Assembly: GCA_902779565.1 (NCBI GenBank)
Contig: CACZCD010000002.1
Location: 1,128-65,127, forward strand
Direction of reading: 5' to 3'
Length of the DNA stretch: 64,000 nt
Origin: an uncultured bacterium
Lineage (GTDB): Bacteria > Verrucomicrobiota > Kiritimatiellia > RFP12 > UBA1067
Below, one piece after another: positions 45,248 to 54,580 of this stretch (position 1 is the stretch's first letter; every line of letters begins with the position of its first letter). Under the pieces are notes generated by a model, which was not told the origin of the DNA, ran no database searches, and worked only from the letters and a program-made list of their open reading frames with translations. The position numbers and the translations under genes are program-made.

Positions 45248-45280
45248 CACGCGCACCGCGTATGATGTAACATACGGGTC

Positions 45281-48244
45281 ATGAAAAAAACAGTTCTTTT
45301 GGGCGCATGCGCCTTGTTGGCGACGAGTGCGGTTCGTGCGGATGTCGCGCTGGATGGCGTTTGGCAGGTGACGGGCGAAGGTTTCGCCGCCGAGGCGAAG
45401 CTGCCGGGTACGCTCGCGGCAGCGCATCTCGGCAAGCGCTGGACGGAGCATGATTTCCAGACGACGATGGATCTCGAGCAGTCTGAAGCGCTCGTTCAGG
45501 AATGGAAATATGAGGGGAAGGCGGTGTGGACGCGCACGGTCGAGCTGAAGGCGGCGGATTGCCGCCAGCCGCTGGAGCTGTACCTTGAGCGTGTGATGTG
45601 GAAGAGCGAGGCGTTCTGGGACGGCGAGCCGATAGGGGATTGCGATTCGCTCGCCACGCCGCACGTCTATGCCGTTCCGCAGAAGGCGCTGACGCCGGGA
45701 CGGCATGAGCTGAAGCTCGTCATCGACAACTCGTGTCGCTACAACTTCTCCCGCTGCGCGCATTCCTACGGCCCGAGCATGCAGGCCGTTTGGAACGGCG
45801 TTTTGGGGCGGATCGAACTGCGCCGCGCGCATCCGCTTCGCGCATCGCGCGTGTTTGCTTCCGCTTCAACGGCTTTGTCCGTTGAAGTGCCGGAAGGTTT
45901 CTTCGCGACCGTGGATACGGTCGCCGTCGAAGGGCTTACGGTCGAATCCCTTTCCGAGACCTTCTCGCCGTATCGCGAGGGGTTCAAGCTTTTGGAGCTG
46001 AAGCTGAAAGAGACGCCGATCTGCTGGAACGAATTTCATCCGCAGCTCTACACGCTTGTGCTGAAGGATGCCAAGGCCAAATTCACGCACAGCATCCGGT
46101 TCGGTTTCCGCACGGTCGGCACGGACGGACACCTGCTCACGTTGAACGGCGTGAAGATCTTCACACGCGGCAATGTGGAGAACGCCAATTTCGCGAAGGA
46201 TGGAATTCCGTGGATGGATGTCGCGTCGTGGCGGCGCATCTTCCGGATGCTCAAGAAGGAGGATGGCGTGAACGCCATCCGCTTCCATACGTGGTGTCCG
46301 CCCGAAGCAGCGTTCCAGGCGGCGGATGAGCTGGGCATCCTTCTCCAACCCGAAGCGGGCGTCTGGACGGACCGCTGGATGTCGCATGCGGACGAGGTCG
46401 GCAACGGGAAGCCTGTGGACGGGTTTGTCAAGCGCGAGCTGAAGGCGATCGCTGACGCTTACGGCAATTCGCCGTCGTTCTTCTCGCTTTCGATCGGCAA
46501 CGAGCTGGGGACTTCGAACTTCGAGACGATGGGGAAGTGGGTGGCGGAACACAAGAAGTACGATCCGCGTGCGCTGTGCTATGCATCTTCGGCGCGGAAG
46601 CTGACGACATCGGACGACTTCTCGCTCTCGCACGTGGTGCCCGGGAAGGGGCTGGCGCGCGAGAAACTGTTCCCGCACACGGACTGGGACTATGAGGATA
46701 TCTATTCAACGGCGAAGATCCCGACGGTGGCCCATGAGATCGGGCAGTGGCCCGTCTATCCCATTTGGGACGAATTGTTTGCGCCGTTCACCGGCACGAT
46801 GCGCCCGTGGAATCTCACGCGGCACCGCGACACGGCGGCGAAGAAGAACGCACTCCGCTTCCAGAAGGAGTACCATACGGCTTCGGCGAAGCTGAACCGG
46901 CTCATCTACAAAGAAGAGGTGGAGAGCTTCCTGCGCACGCCCTCCTGTGCGGGACTCCAACTTCTTGAGATTCAGGACTACACGGGTCAGGCCGAGGCGC
47001 TTGTCGGCTGGCGCGATCCGTTCTATGCGCTCAAGACGGGCTTCAAAGGCATGGCGCCCTTTTCGACGGTGTGGGGGCCGGTCTGCTATCTGGCGCGTTT
47101 TCCGCGTTTCACCTATGTGGTCGGCGAGACGTTCCGTGCCGAGCTTGAGATCCGCAACCTCACCGAGAAGCCGTTGGCGGCAGGGACGGTTTGCCCGTAT
47201 GAACTGGCGAGCGTGAAAGGCGAGATCCGTTTGGCGGAAGCCCTCGCGCCGGGCGAAGTGAAGAAGGTGGGCGCGGTCGAATGTCTGCTGACCGACGCGA
47301 TGACGGCGGCGCGGCAGACGCTTCGTTTCGGCAGCAACGTCTGGAACTTCTGGGTGTACCCGCGTGAGACGCGGTGCGACATGCCGAAGGATGTGGTAGA
47401 GACGCAGGACTTGCCGACGATGAAAGCGGCCTTGGCGGAAGGGCGGACCGTTCTCTATTCGGGACCGAGCTTCAAGTCGGCGAAGGGGCAGTTCAAGTCC
47501 GTTTACTGGAGCGCCCGCTGGTTCCCCGTCGCCAACACCACAGGGGCGGCGCTCGGCACATGGTTCAATGTGAAGCATCCCGCGCTCGCTGGTTTCGTGA
47601 CGGATGACTTCACGGACTGGCAGTGGTATTCGTTGGCGGAGGGGGCGACGGTCCACGCGCTCAAGGGGATGCCGGAAGCGTTCCGTCCAATTGCGCTTTC
47701 CGTGAACGACTTCCATTTCTCGGACTTCACCGCCACGATGTTCGAGGTACTGGTCGGGGAGGGACGTCTGTTCGTCTGCGGCTATGATCTTACGAAGGAG
47801 ACGCCGGAGGCGAAACGGCTCCGCGCGAGCATCTGCGGCTATCTGGCGGGGAAGCCCGTTGCGGACACGATACGGATGCCGGCAGGCTGGCTTGCGGAGG
47901 AGTTTGATGCCGTGAAGCCACCGGATCTTTCCGACACGGTGTATGACGTCACCACCAACTGGACGGGGCGTGCGTTCAAGATGGAGATCCGTGGCGTGCC
48001 GCCCACGACGGGCGACCTGCGCATTGACTTCCACCAGCCCAAGCCGAGCTTGACCTCTGCGCGCGGTCTTTTGGAGGGGCGTGTGTTCGAGGTGCCGTTC
48101 ACCGAGAAGGTGGGGGCCAAGACGCATGTCACACTGCCGGTCATCCGCGAAGATTTCTTGGATGGCCGCCTTGAGCTGGAGGTGAACATCATGACCGGTG
48201 CCGCCCTCGCCATCGACCGCCTCCGCATCCTCCCGAAGAAGTGA
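45281..48244 (+). CDS. Secreted glycoside hydrolase (GH2-like beta-galactosidase/mannosidase superfamily)
   Basis: Signal peptide; DGVWQV...LPGTL sugar-binding N-terminus; TIM-barrel-like middle; 987 aa. Confidence 0.55.
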   Translation: MKKTVLLGACALLATSAVRADVALDGVWQVTGEGFAAEAKLPGTLAAAHLGKRWTEHDFQTTMDLEQSEALVQEWKYEGKAVWTRTVELKAADCRQPLELYLERVMWKSEAFWDGEPIGDCDSLATPHVYAVPQKALTPGRHELKLVIDNSCRYNFSRCAHSYGPSMQAVWNGVLGRIELRRAHPLRASRVFASASTALSVEVPEGFFATVDTVAVEGLTVESLSETFSPYREGFKLLELKLKETPICWNEFHPQLYTLVLKDAKAKFTHSIRFGFRTVGTDGHLLTLNGVKIFTRGNVENANFAKDGIPWMDVASWRRIFRMLKKEDGVNAIRFHTWCPPEAAFQAADELGILLQPEAGVWTDRWMSHADEVGNGKPVDGFVKRELKAIADAYGNSPSFFSLSIGNELGTSNFETMGKWVAEHKKYDPRALCYASSARKLTTSDDFSLSHVVPGKGLAREKLFPHTDWDYEDIYSTAKIPTVAHEIGQWPVYPIWDELFAPFTGTMRPWNLTRHRDTAAKKNALRFQKEYHTASAKLNRLIYKEEVESFLRTPSCAGLQLLEIQDYTGQAEALVGWRDPFYALKTGFKGMAPFSTVWGPVCYLARFPRFTYVVGETFRAELEIRNLTEKPLAAGTVCPYELASVKGEIRLAEALAPGEVKKVGAVECLLTDAMTAARQTLRFGSNVWNFWVYPRETRCDMPKDVVETQDLPTMKAALAEGRTVLYSGPSFKSAKGQFKSVYWSARWFPVANTTGAALGTWFNVKHPALAGFVTDDFTDWQWYSLAEGATVHALKGMPEAFRPIALSVNDFHFSDFTATMFEVLVGEGRLFVCGYDLTKETPEAKRLRASICGYLAGKPVADTIRMPAGWLAEEFDAVKPPDLSDTVYDVTTNWTGRAFKMEIRGVPPTTGDLRIDFHQPKPSLTSARGLLEGRVFEVPFTEKVGAKTHVTLPVIREDFLDGRLELEVNIMTGAALAIDRLRILPKK

Positions 48245-48271
48245 CGCGGTGGCGGAACCTGTGCCGAAGGA

Positions 48272-49636
48272 TTAGATCTTGGGGAGCTTGGCGAAGCTGC
48301 GCGCGAGATCTTCCTCGGTTGGCTCGTAGTCGCTCATGGTGCCGTCGTTGAACGCTTCGTAGGCCTTCATGTCGAAGTAGCCGGTGCCGGTGAGGCCGAA
48401 GAGGATCGTCTCTTCGCGGCCCTCCGCCTTGCAGCGCAGCGCCTCGTCGATGGTGGCACGGATGGCGTGGCTCGACTCAGGCGCGGGCAGGATGCCCTCG
48501 GTGCGTGCGAACTGCTGAGCGGCGGCGAAGACGTCCGTCTGCTTCACGCTCACGGCCTCCATGAGCTTCTGGTCGTAGAGCTCGGAGAGCGTTGAGCTCA
48601 TGCCATGGAAGCGGAGTCCGCCGGCGTGGCTCGGCGAGGGGATGAAGTCCGCGCCGATCGTGTACATCTTCGCGAGCGGGCAGATGCGGCCCGTGTCGCA
48701 GTAGTCGTAGGCATAGACGCCGCGCGTGAACGACGGACAGCTGGCGGGTTCGACGGCGATGATGCGGTAGTCCGCCTCGCCGCGCAGCTTCTCGCCCATG
48801 AACGGCGCGATGAGTCCGCCGAGGTTTGAGCCGCCGCCCGCGCATCCGATGATGACATCGGGCTTCACGCCGAGTTTCTTGAACGCGGCGCGCGCCTCCA
48901 GTCCGATGATGGACTGGTGGAGGAGCACCTGATTGAGAACCGAGCCGAGAACGTAGCGGTAGCCGGGCGTCTTCACCGCGGCCTCAACCGCCTCGGAGAT
49001 CGCACAGCCGAGCGAACCGGTCGTGCCGGGATGTTCGGCGTTGATGAGACGGCCGACATCTGTCGTCATTGAGGGCGACGGCGTGACGTCCGCACCATAG
49101 GTGCGCATCACCTCGCGGCGGAACGGCTTCTGCTCGTAGGAGCATTTTACCATGTACACGTGGCAGTCGAGCTTGAAGAAGGCGCAGGCCATCGAAAGGG
49201 CGGTCCCCCACTGTCCGGCGCCCGTCTCCGTGGTGACGCCCTTCAGTCCCTGCGCCTTCGCGTAGTACGCCTGGGCGACGGCAGAGTTGAGCTTGTGCGA
49301 GCCGGAGGTGTTGTTGCCTTCAAACTTGTAGTAGATCTTGGCAGGTGTGCCGAGTGCCTCCTCGAGGAAGTAGGCGCGGATGAGCGGCGAGGGGCGGAAC
49401 ATGCGGTAGAAGTCGCGGATGGGCTTCGGGATCTTGATGAGCGGCGTCGTTTCGTCGAGTTCCTGACGGATGAGCTCCTCGCAGAAGACGGGCGCGAGAT
49501 CCTCGGCCGTGCAGGGCTTCCCGGTCGCGGGGATGAGCAGGGGCGCGGGCTTCTTCTTCATGTCCGCACGCATGTTGTACCAGCATTCCGGCACTTCGTT
49601 CTCTTCGAGGTAGGTCTTGTAGGGTATGGTGTTCAT
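48272..49636 (-). CDS. trpB: TrpB2-type tryptophan synthase beta-like PLP enzyme
   Basis: PLP lysine in GSHKLN; TrpB2-specific N-terminal extension; start MNTIPYK chosen over the longer listed ORF. Confidence 0.75.
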   Translation of the reverse strand: MNTIPYKTYLEENEVPECWYNMRADMKKKPAPLLIPATGKPCTAEDLAPVFCEELIRQELDETTPLIKIPKPIRDFYRMFRPSPLIRAYFLEEALGTPAKIYYKFEGNNTSGSHKLNSAVAQAYYAKAQGLKGVTTETGAGQWGTALSMACAFFKLDCHVYMVKCSYEQKPFRREVMRTYGADVTPSPSMTTDVGRLINAEHPGTTGSLGCAISEAVEAAVKTPGYRYVLGSVLNQVLLHQSIIGLEARAAFKKLGVKPDVIIGCAGGGSNLGGLIAPFMGEKLRGEADYRIIAVEPASCPSFTRGVYAYDYCDTGRICPLAKMYTIGADFIPSPSHAGGLRFHGMSSTLSELYDQKLMEAVSVKQTDVFAAAQQFARTEGILPAPESSHAIRATIDEALRCKAEGREETILFGLTGTGYFDMKAYEAFNDGTMSDYEPTEEDLARSFAKLPKI

Positions 49637-49680
49637 GTTCTGCTCCTGATAAGCTGTAGGCGGGGAATTATAGCACAAGT

Positions 49681-49714
49681 GTTGAGAGTTGAGAGTTGAG
49701 GGTTTGAGGGTTTC
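49681..49714. repeat. Intergenic tandem repeat (GTTGAGA x3, GGTTTGAGG x2) in the divergent promoter region
   Basis: Direct read. Confidence 0.7.
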
Positions 49715-49745
49715 TTGCGGGGCGGGCGTTCGCGGCACTTCAACT

Positions 49746-49764
49746 TATGGTATAATTCGGGCGT
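49746..49764 (+). promoter_or_regulatory. Promoter motif TATGGTATAATTCGGGCGT
   Basis: Family member upstream of the RNase gene; shows that the annotated ORF start at 49715 is upstream of the promoter and therefore wrong. Confidence 0.5.
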
Positions 49765-49855
49765 GAAAAATAAAAATGATGAGAATCTGGGGGAGCGGAA
49801 AGAGAAGCTTCCGCTCGTGAAGGGGTTCACGGCCTTGGACGACGTGAAGGCCGTG

Positions 49856-51337
49856 ATGAAACAGTACAACCTGCCGGAGCGGTTCCCGAAGGACGCGTTG
49901 CGCGAGTCGAAGCGCATTGGCGCGGCGGGGCCGGTGTTCTTCGACAAGCGTCTTGATCTGCGAAAGAAGTTCATCTTCACCTGCGATCCGGTGACGGCGA
50001 AGGATTTCGACGATGCGCTGTCGTTTGAGCGCGACCGAAAGGGGAACCGCGTACTCGGCGTGCATATCGCCGACGTCTCCCATTATGTGCGGCCGGGCAC
50101 GGCGCTCGACCGCGAGGCGTTCAAACGCTCGACGAGCGTCTATCTCCTGAACCGCGTGGTGCCGATGCTCCCGGAGGAGCTTTCCAACGGCGTCTGTTCG
50201 CTCGTGCCCGGCGAGGACCGGTTGACCTTCTCGGCCTTCCTCACCTTCGACAAGAACGGGCAGTGCATCGCACGCCGGTTCGCGAAGTCCGTCATCCGCT
50301 CAAAGGCCCGTTACACTTACGAGCAGGTGATGGGCATCCTGGTTGGACGGGGCCGCAAAACGCCGGAGACGAAGGTTATCCGTGAAATCGGGACACTGGC
50401 GCAGCAGCTGCGCAGCCGACGTTTCGCGGCGGGGGCGCTCGATCTGGAAGTTCCCGAGACCGAGATCCTGTTAGACGATGAAGGGCGCATGACTGGGCTC
50501 GCGGAGCGTCCGTACGACGAATCCCACCAGATGGTGGAGGAGTGCATGGTGGCCGCGAACGAGGCCGTGGCCAAGGAGCTGTGGTCGCGCGGGATCAAGA
50601 TCCTCGCCCGTTTCCACGACCGGCCCGACCCGGAGCGGTTGGAGCAGTTGCGGGCCGATCTGGCGGCGATCGGCGTGCGGTGCGGAGACCTGTCGCACGG
50701 AAAGAACATCGCGGCGTTCCTGCAGCGGATCAAGGATGATCCGCTCGGCAAGACGATTGCGGTGATGGTGCTCCGTTCGCTCAAGCGTGCGTGCTACGAT
50801 GCGCGGTCCATCGGGCACTTCGGCCTCGCCAAGGATTTCTATGCGCATTTCACCAGTCCCATCCGTCGCTATCCCGACCTGATCCTCCACCGCCAGCTGG
50901 CCGACTTCCTCGTAACGGGGAATGGACGCCTGCCGCAGCCCGTGCTCGATCGCATGGCGAAGCACTGTTCGGAGCAGGAGGAGCGCGCCGACGAGGCGGA
51001 GCGGTCGCTCCATGACGTGAAGAAGTTCCGTTTCATCGAGGAGAACGGCGGCGTGTTCGACGCCACCGTGAGCCGCGTGACGAAGTTTGGGCTCTTTGTG
51101 GACGTGCCGGCGCTGGCAACCAGCGGGCTTGTCCATGTTTCCACGCTCTCAAGACGCTACGTGCACTTCGACGAGTCGCGGATGCTGCTTGAGGATGGCC
51201 GTCGGATCTGGCGGGTCGGCGACACGCTGCGGCTGCGCGTCGTGAAGGTGGATTGGGAGAACCACTGGATCGACTTCGCGCCGGCGGAGGGTTTCCGCGA
51301 AAACATTCGTGGGCGCATGAGAAGATTAAAAGATTAG
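49856..51337 (+). CDS. rnr: RNase II/R family 3'-5' exoribonuclease (RNB domain plus C-terminal S1); start uncertain (alternatives: GTG 49763, ATG 49856)
   Basis: RNB motifs (DPVTAKDFDDALS...NRVVPMLPEELSNGVCSL...HFGLA...YAHFTSPIRRYPDL); S1-like C-terminus. Confidence 0.7.
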   Translation: MKQYNLPERFPKDALRESKRIGAAGPVFFDKRLDLRKKFIFTCDPVTAKDFDDALSFERDRKGNRVLGVHIADVSHYVRPGTALDREAFKRSTSVYLLNRVVPMLPEELSNGVCSLVPGEDRLTFSAFLTFDKNGQCIARRFAKSVIRSKARYTYEQVMGILVGRGRKTPETKVIREIGTLAQQLRSRRFAAGALDLEVPETEILLDDEGRMTGLAERPYDESHQMVEECMVAANEAVAKELWSRGIKILARFHDRPDPERLEQLRADLAAIGVRCGDLSHGKNIAAFLQRIKDDPLGKTIAVMVLRSLKRACYDARSIGHFGLAKDFYAHFTSPIRRYPDLILHRQLADFLVTGNGRLPQPVLDRMAKHCSEQEERADEAERSLHDVKKFRFIEENGGVFDATVSRVTKFGLFVDVPALATSGLVHVSTLSRRYVHFDESRMLLEDGRRIWRVGDTLRLRVVKVDWENHWIDFAPAEGFRENIRGRMRRLKD

Positions 51338-51522
51338 GTAATGTCGCAAAGTTGGGGATTATATTATGAGAACGCAGACTCCCCCTCTAAGATAGAGGGG
51401 GTGGCCGCAGGCCGGGGGAGTATGATCAGGGGTGCGGGGTCATACCCCCTCGCCCCTTCGGGGCACTCCCCCTGTCTCAGGGGGAGAGTCTTATCTCCCA
51501 TCCCCAACTTTGCGACATTACC
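51337..51522. mobile_element. MITE-like 186-bp element with perfect 23-bp terminal inverted repeats (GGTAATGTCGCAAAGTTGGGGAT) and an 8-bp flanking direct repeat AAAGATTA (51329-51336 and 51523-51530)
   Basis: Direct read. The TIRs are exact reverse complements. The interior is G/C-rich with several hairpins, including GCCCC-TTCG-GGGC and CCCCCTCT-aagat-AGAGGGGG. Confidence 0.55.
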
Positions 51523-51552
51523 AAAGATTAAAAGGTTAAAAGGTTAAAGGAG

Positions 51553-52671
51553 ATGGAAATGGATCTTTCGGTGCTGATGGAGGGTTTCAACATCAAGGGG
51601 CGGCTCGTCACGCTTGTGCCGTTCGGGAACGGCAACATCAACGATACGTTCCTCGCGGTTTACCGCAACACGTTCACCGAGACGCAGGTGGTGCTCCAAC
51701 GCGTGAACCGCGCCGTGTTTCCGCGCCCGGAAGTGATCATGGCGAACATGCACAAGATCACGCTGCACTGCCACGCGAAGCTCGAGAACGATGCGAAGCG
51801 CGGCTTGGATGATCGCGTGTGGCAGATGCCGCGCATCATCAAGACGAAGGAGGGCGGCGATTTCATCCGCGACGAGAAGGGTGAGGTATGGCGTGTGATC
51901 ACGCGCATCCTTTCGGCGCATGCGTTCGATACGGCGCAGAGTCCGGAACATGCCCTTGAGTGCGGCTGCGCGCTCGGTCACTTCCACTACCTGCTTTCGG
52001 ACATGCCGCCGAACTCGATTGAGGATCCCCTGCCGGGCTTCCACGTGACGAGCGGCTATCTGCGACAGTATGATCGCACATTGAAGTCCAAGCGCGCGCA
52101 GTCGCTCCTTAGCGCGTCCGTCGAGGCCAAGCGCCTCGCCAAGTACATCGACGAGCGGCGCGATCTCGCGCTCTGTCTTGAACGGGCGGAGCGGGCCGGT
52201 GAACTGAAGCGGCGCATGTTCCATGGCGACCCGAAGGTGAACAACATCATGATTGACGACTTCACTGGCAAGGGGACCGCCATGATCGATCTCGACACCG
52301 TGAGTCCGGGACTCGTCCAGATCGACGTGGGCGATGCCGTGCGTTCCATCTGCAACCCCGCCGGCGAAGAGGAGACGAACCTCGGCAAGGTCGCCTTCGA
52401 CGAAAATCTTTTCCTCGCCTTCATGAAGGGCTACATGCGGGAGGCCGGCGCGTTCATGACGGAGGCGGATCGGGAATACCTTTATGATACCGTTCGTCTG
52501 CTGCCGTTCGAGCTGGGGCTCCGCTTCTTCCAGGACTATCTGGCGGGCGACCGGTACTTCAAGACGCGCCAACCGGGCCAGAACCTGAATCGCGCCCGCG
52601 TGCAGTTCCGCCTCTGCGAATCGATCGAAGCGCGCGAAGGCTCCATACGGGAGATGCTGAAGCGGCTGTAG
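51553..52671 (+). CDS. Aminoglycoside-phosphotransferase-fold (APH/Cho-kinase-like) kinase, possibly a sugar/hexosamine 1-kinase
   Basis: Brenner motif HGDPKVNNIM; IDLDTV (DFG-equivalent Asp); ~370 aa. Confidence 0.65.
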   Translation: MEMDLSVLMEGFNIKGRLVTLVPFGNGNINDTFLAVYRNTFTETQVVLQRVNRAVFPRPEVIMANMHKITLHCHAKLENDAKRGLDDRVWQMPRIIKTKEGGDFIRDEKGEVWRVITRILSAHAFDTAQSPEHALECGCALGHFHYLLSDMPPNSIEDPLPGFHVTSGYLRQYDRTLKSKRAQSLLSASVEAKRLAKYIDERRDLALCLERAERAGELKRRMFHGDPKVNNIMIDDFTGKGTAMIDLDTVSPGLVQIDVGDAVRSICNPAGEEETNLGKVAFDENLFLAFMKGYMREAGAFMTEADREYLYDTVRLLPFELGLRFFQDYLAGDRYFKTRQPGQNLNRARVQFRLCESIEAREGSIREMLKRL

Positions 52672-52675
52672 GGAT

Positions 52676-53779
52676 TTGGGATCGCATTTGGAAATGAAGG
52701 TTGCGCTTTCGTGCTGTTCGGCGCTTTTTGCCGATGAACTCGTGCGGATCGAGGGAGACGTGCCAGGGCGCGCGCTCTACTTCGGGCGTGTGACGGAACC
52801 GCTGCCGGAAATCGCCGACCCGGAATTCAACTTCCGTTCGTGCCAGTTGCTGGCGTGGGCCGTTGAGGATCTAAGACCCCAACTGGAAGCCGCCTTCGCC
52901 CGTTATGGAAGCGAGCGGGTGGCGATCGTGCTGGGCGCTTCCAACACGGGTGTCGATGAAGCGGAGAACAATATCGATCAGGCGTTGGACCGTTCGGCGG
53001 AAGCGCCCGCACCGTTTCCGGCAGCGTTCCGTTTCTCCATGCTGGAGTTGGGTTCGCCCTCCGCGTATCTGGCGCAGGCGACGGGGGCGAAAGGTCCTTG
53101 TTACACCATCTCGACCGCTTGCAGCTCCTCGGCGAAAGTGTTTCCCGCCGCGCGACGGCTGATTGAAGCGGGGTTTTGCGATGCCGCGATTGTCGGTGGC
53201 GTGGATGGGCGCTGCCGATTCGCCATGAACGGGTTCCATGCGTTGGGGGCGCTGTCGCAAGGCATTTGCCGTCCGCTTGCCGACGATCGTGATGGAATCT
53301 GTCTTGGCGAGGGCGTGGCGCTGTTCCTGATGGAACGCGCGGCGGATGACAGAGTGGCCGAGGGACGCACGGTGTTTTTCGCGGGCGCCGGCGAATCATC
53401 CGATGCGTATCACGCAACGGCGCCGGAACCAGAGGGGCGCGGCGCCGAGGCCGCCATGCGGGCGGCGCTTGAAGACGCGGGTTGCGCGCCGGATGCGGTT
53501 GATTACGTCAATCTGCACGGCACCGGTACGCCGGCGAACGACGCGATGGAGATGAAAGCGGTCTGCCGTCTGTTTGGTGAGACTTTGCGGCAGGACGACG
53601 CGAGTCATCCCCTGACGGTTGAATCCACGAAATCCCGGACAGGGCACTGTCTCGGCGCGGCGGGTGCGGTGGAGGCGGCGATCTGCTGGCGGAAGATCCG
53701 AGCGGGCGAGATTCACCGCGCGCTCTCGAATTCGTTCGCTTTCGGCGGCAGCAACGCCAGCATCGTCCTGGAAGGGTGA
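52676..53779 (+). CDS. Beta-ketoacyl-ACP synthase family protein (short N-terminus)
   Basis: Active-site Cys in TISTACSSS; His in HGTGTPANDA; C-terminal SNSFAFGGSNASIVL. Confidence 0.7.
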   Translation: MGSHLEMKVALSCCSALFADELVRIEGDVPGRALYFGRVTEPLPEIADPEFNFRSCQLLAWAVEDLRPQLEAAFARYGSERVAIVLGASNTGVDEAENNIDQALDRSAEAPAPFPAAFRFSMLELGSPSAYLAQATGAKGPCYTISTACSSSAKVFPAARRLIEAGFCDAAIVGGVDGRCRFAMNGFHALGALSQGICRPLADDRDGICLGEGVALFLMERAADDRVAEGRTVFFAGAGESSDAYHATAPEPEGRGAEAAMRAALEDAGCAPDAVDYVNLHGTGTPANDAMEMKAVCRLFGETLRQDDASHPLTVESTKSRTGHCLGAAGAVEAAICWRKIRAGEIHRALSNSFAFGGSNASIVLEG

Positions 53780-53793
53780 ACAGAAGGACCCCG

Positions 53794-54459
53794 TCACCAG
53801 ACGATGGGGGACTGTCCGTGGGCGGCGAGATAATCGTTCGCCTGCTTGAAGTGTCCGCAGCCGATAAATCCCCGGAAGGCCGAGAGCGGTGAGGGGTGCG
53901 GCGCTTCGAGAACGAGGTGCCGCTGGCGGTTGATGAAAGCACCCTTCCGGCGCGCGTAGCTTCCCCAGAGGAGGAACACGAGGTGTTCGCGCTGTTCGGC
54001 AAGCTTCGCCACGACGGCGTCGGTAAACATCTCCCAGCCCTTGCCCTGATGCGAGCCGGCGTTTCCGGCGGCAACGGTGAGTGTGGCGTTCAGGAGCAGC
54101 ACGCCCTGGTCCGCCCAATGCGTGAGGTCGCCATCGCGGTTGAGGAACGGCGTGCCGTATTCCTGTTCCAGCTCCTTGTAGATGTTAACGAGCGAGGGTG
54201 GCACTTGAACGCCTTTCCGGACGGAGAAGCACAGCCCGTGCGCCTGATTCGGTTCGTGGTACGGATCTTGTCCGAGAATGACCACCTTGACCTTGTTGAA
54301 GGGCGTGCGGTTGAACGCTTCAAAGATGTATTTCCCGGGAGGATAGACCACGCCCTTCGCGTAGGCCTCCTTGACGAACGCGGCGAGCCGCGTGAAGTAG
54401 ATGCTGCTGAACTCGTCCGCTAGTACCGCTTTCCAGGAATCCTCAATCTTCACGTTCAT
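53794..54459 (-). CDS. ung: Uracil-DNA glycosylase
   Basis: UNG family-1 motifs (GQDPYH...HGLCFSV; HPSPLS). Confidence 0.9.
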   Translation of the reverse strand: MNVKIEDSWKAVLADEFSSIYFTRLAAFVKEAYAKGVVYPPGKYIFEAFNRTPFNKVKVVILGQDPYHEPNQAHGLCFSVRKGVQVPPSLVNIYKELEQEYGTPFLNRDGDLTHWADQGVLLLNATLTVAAGNAGSHQGKGWEMFTDAVVAKLAEQREHLVFLLWGSYARRKGAFINRQRHLVLEAPHPSPLSAFRGFIGCGHFKQANDYLAAHGQSPIVW

Positions 54460-54563
54460 AGTTGGTTAGTCGCTAGTGGTTTCTTTTGTAGGAGTGCGAA
54501 GTGTACCACAAAACGTGGTGTTGTGCTATAAAGCGACGGTAGCTATTTTCCCCGTCGGCGCTT

Positions 54564-54574
54564 TGTGGTATAAT
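54564..54574 (+). promoter_or_regulatory. Promoter motif TGTGGTATAAT; proC ATG lies 7 nt downstream (leaderless)
   Basis: Direct read. Confidence 0.5.
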
Positions 54575-54580
54575 TTGCGC

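Noticed and set aside
46706-48127. 473-aa minus-strand ORF
   Set aside because: Antisense to the GH2-like hydrolase; Arg/Leu/Pro-rich low complexity.
49715-49855. Annotated long N-terminus of the RNase ORF starting at 49715
   Set aside because: The conserved promoter motif (49746-49764) lies inside this extension, so translation more likely starts at GTG 49763 or ATG 49856.
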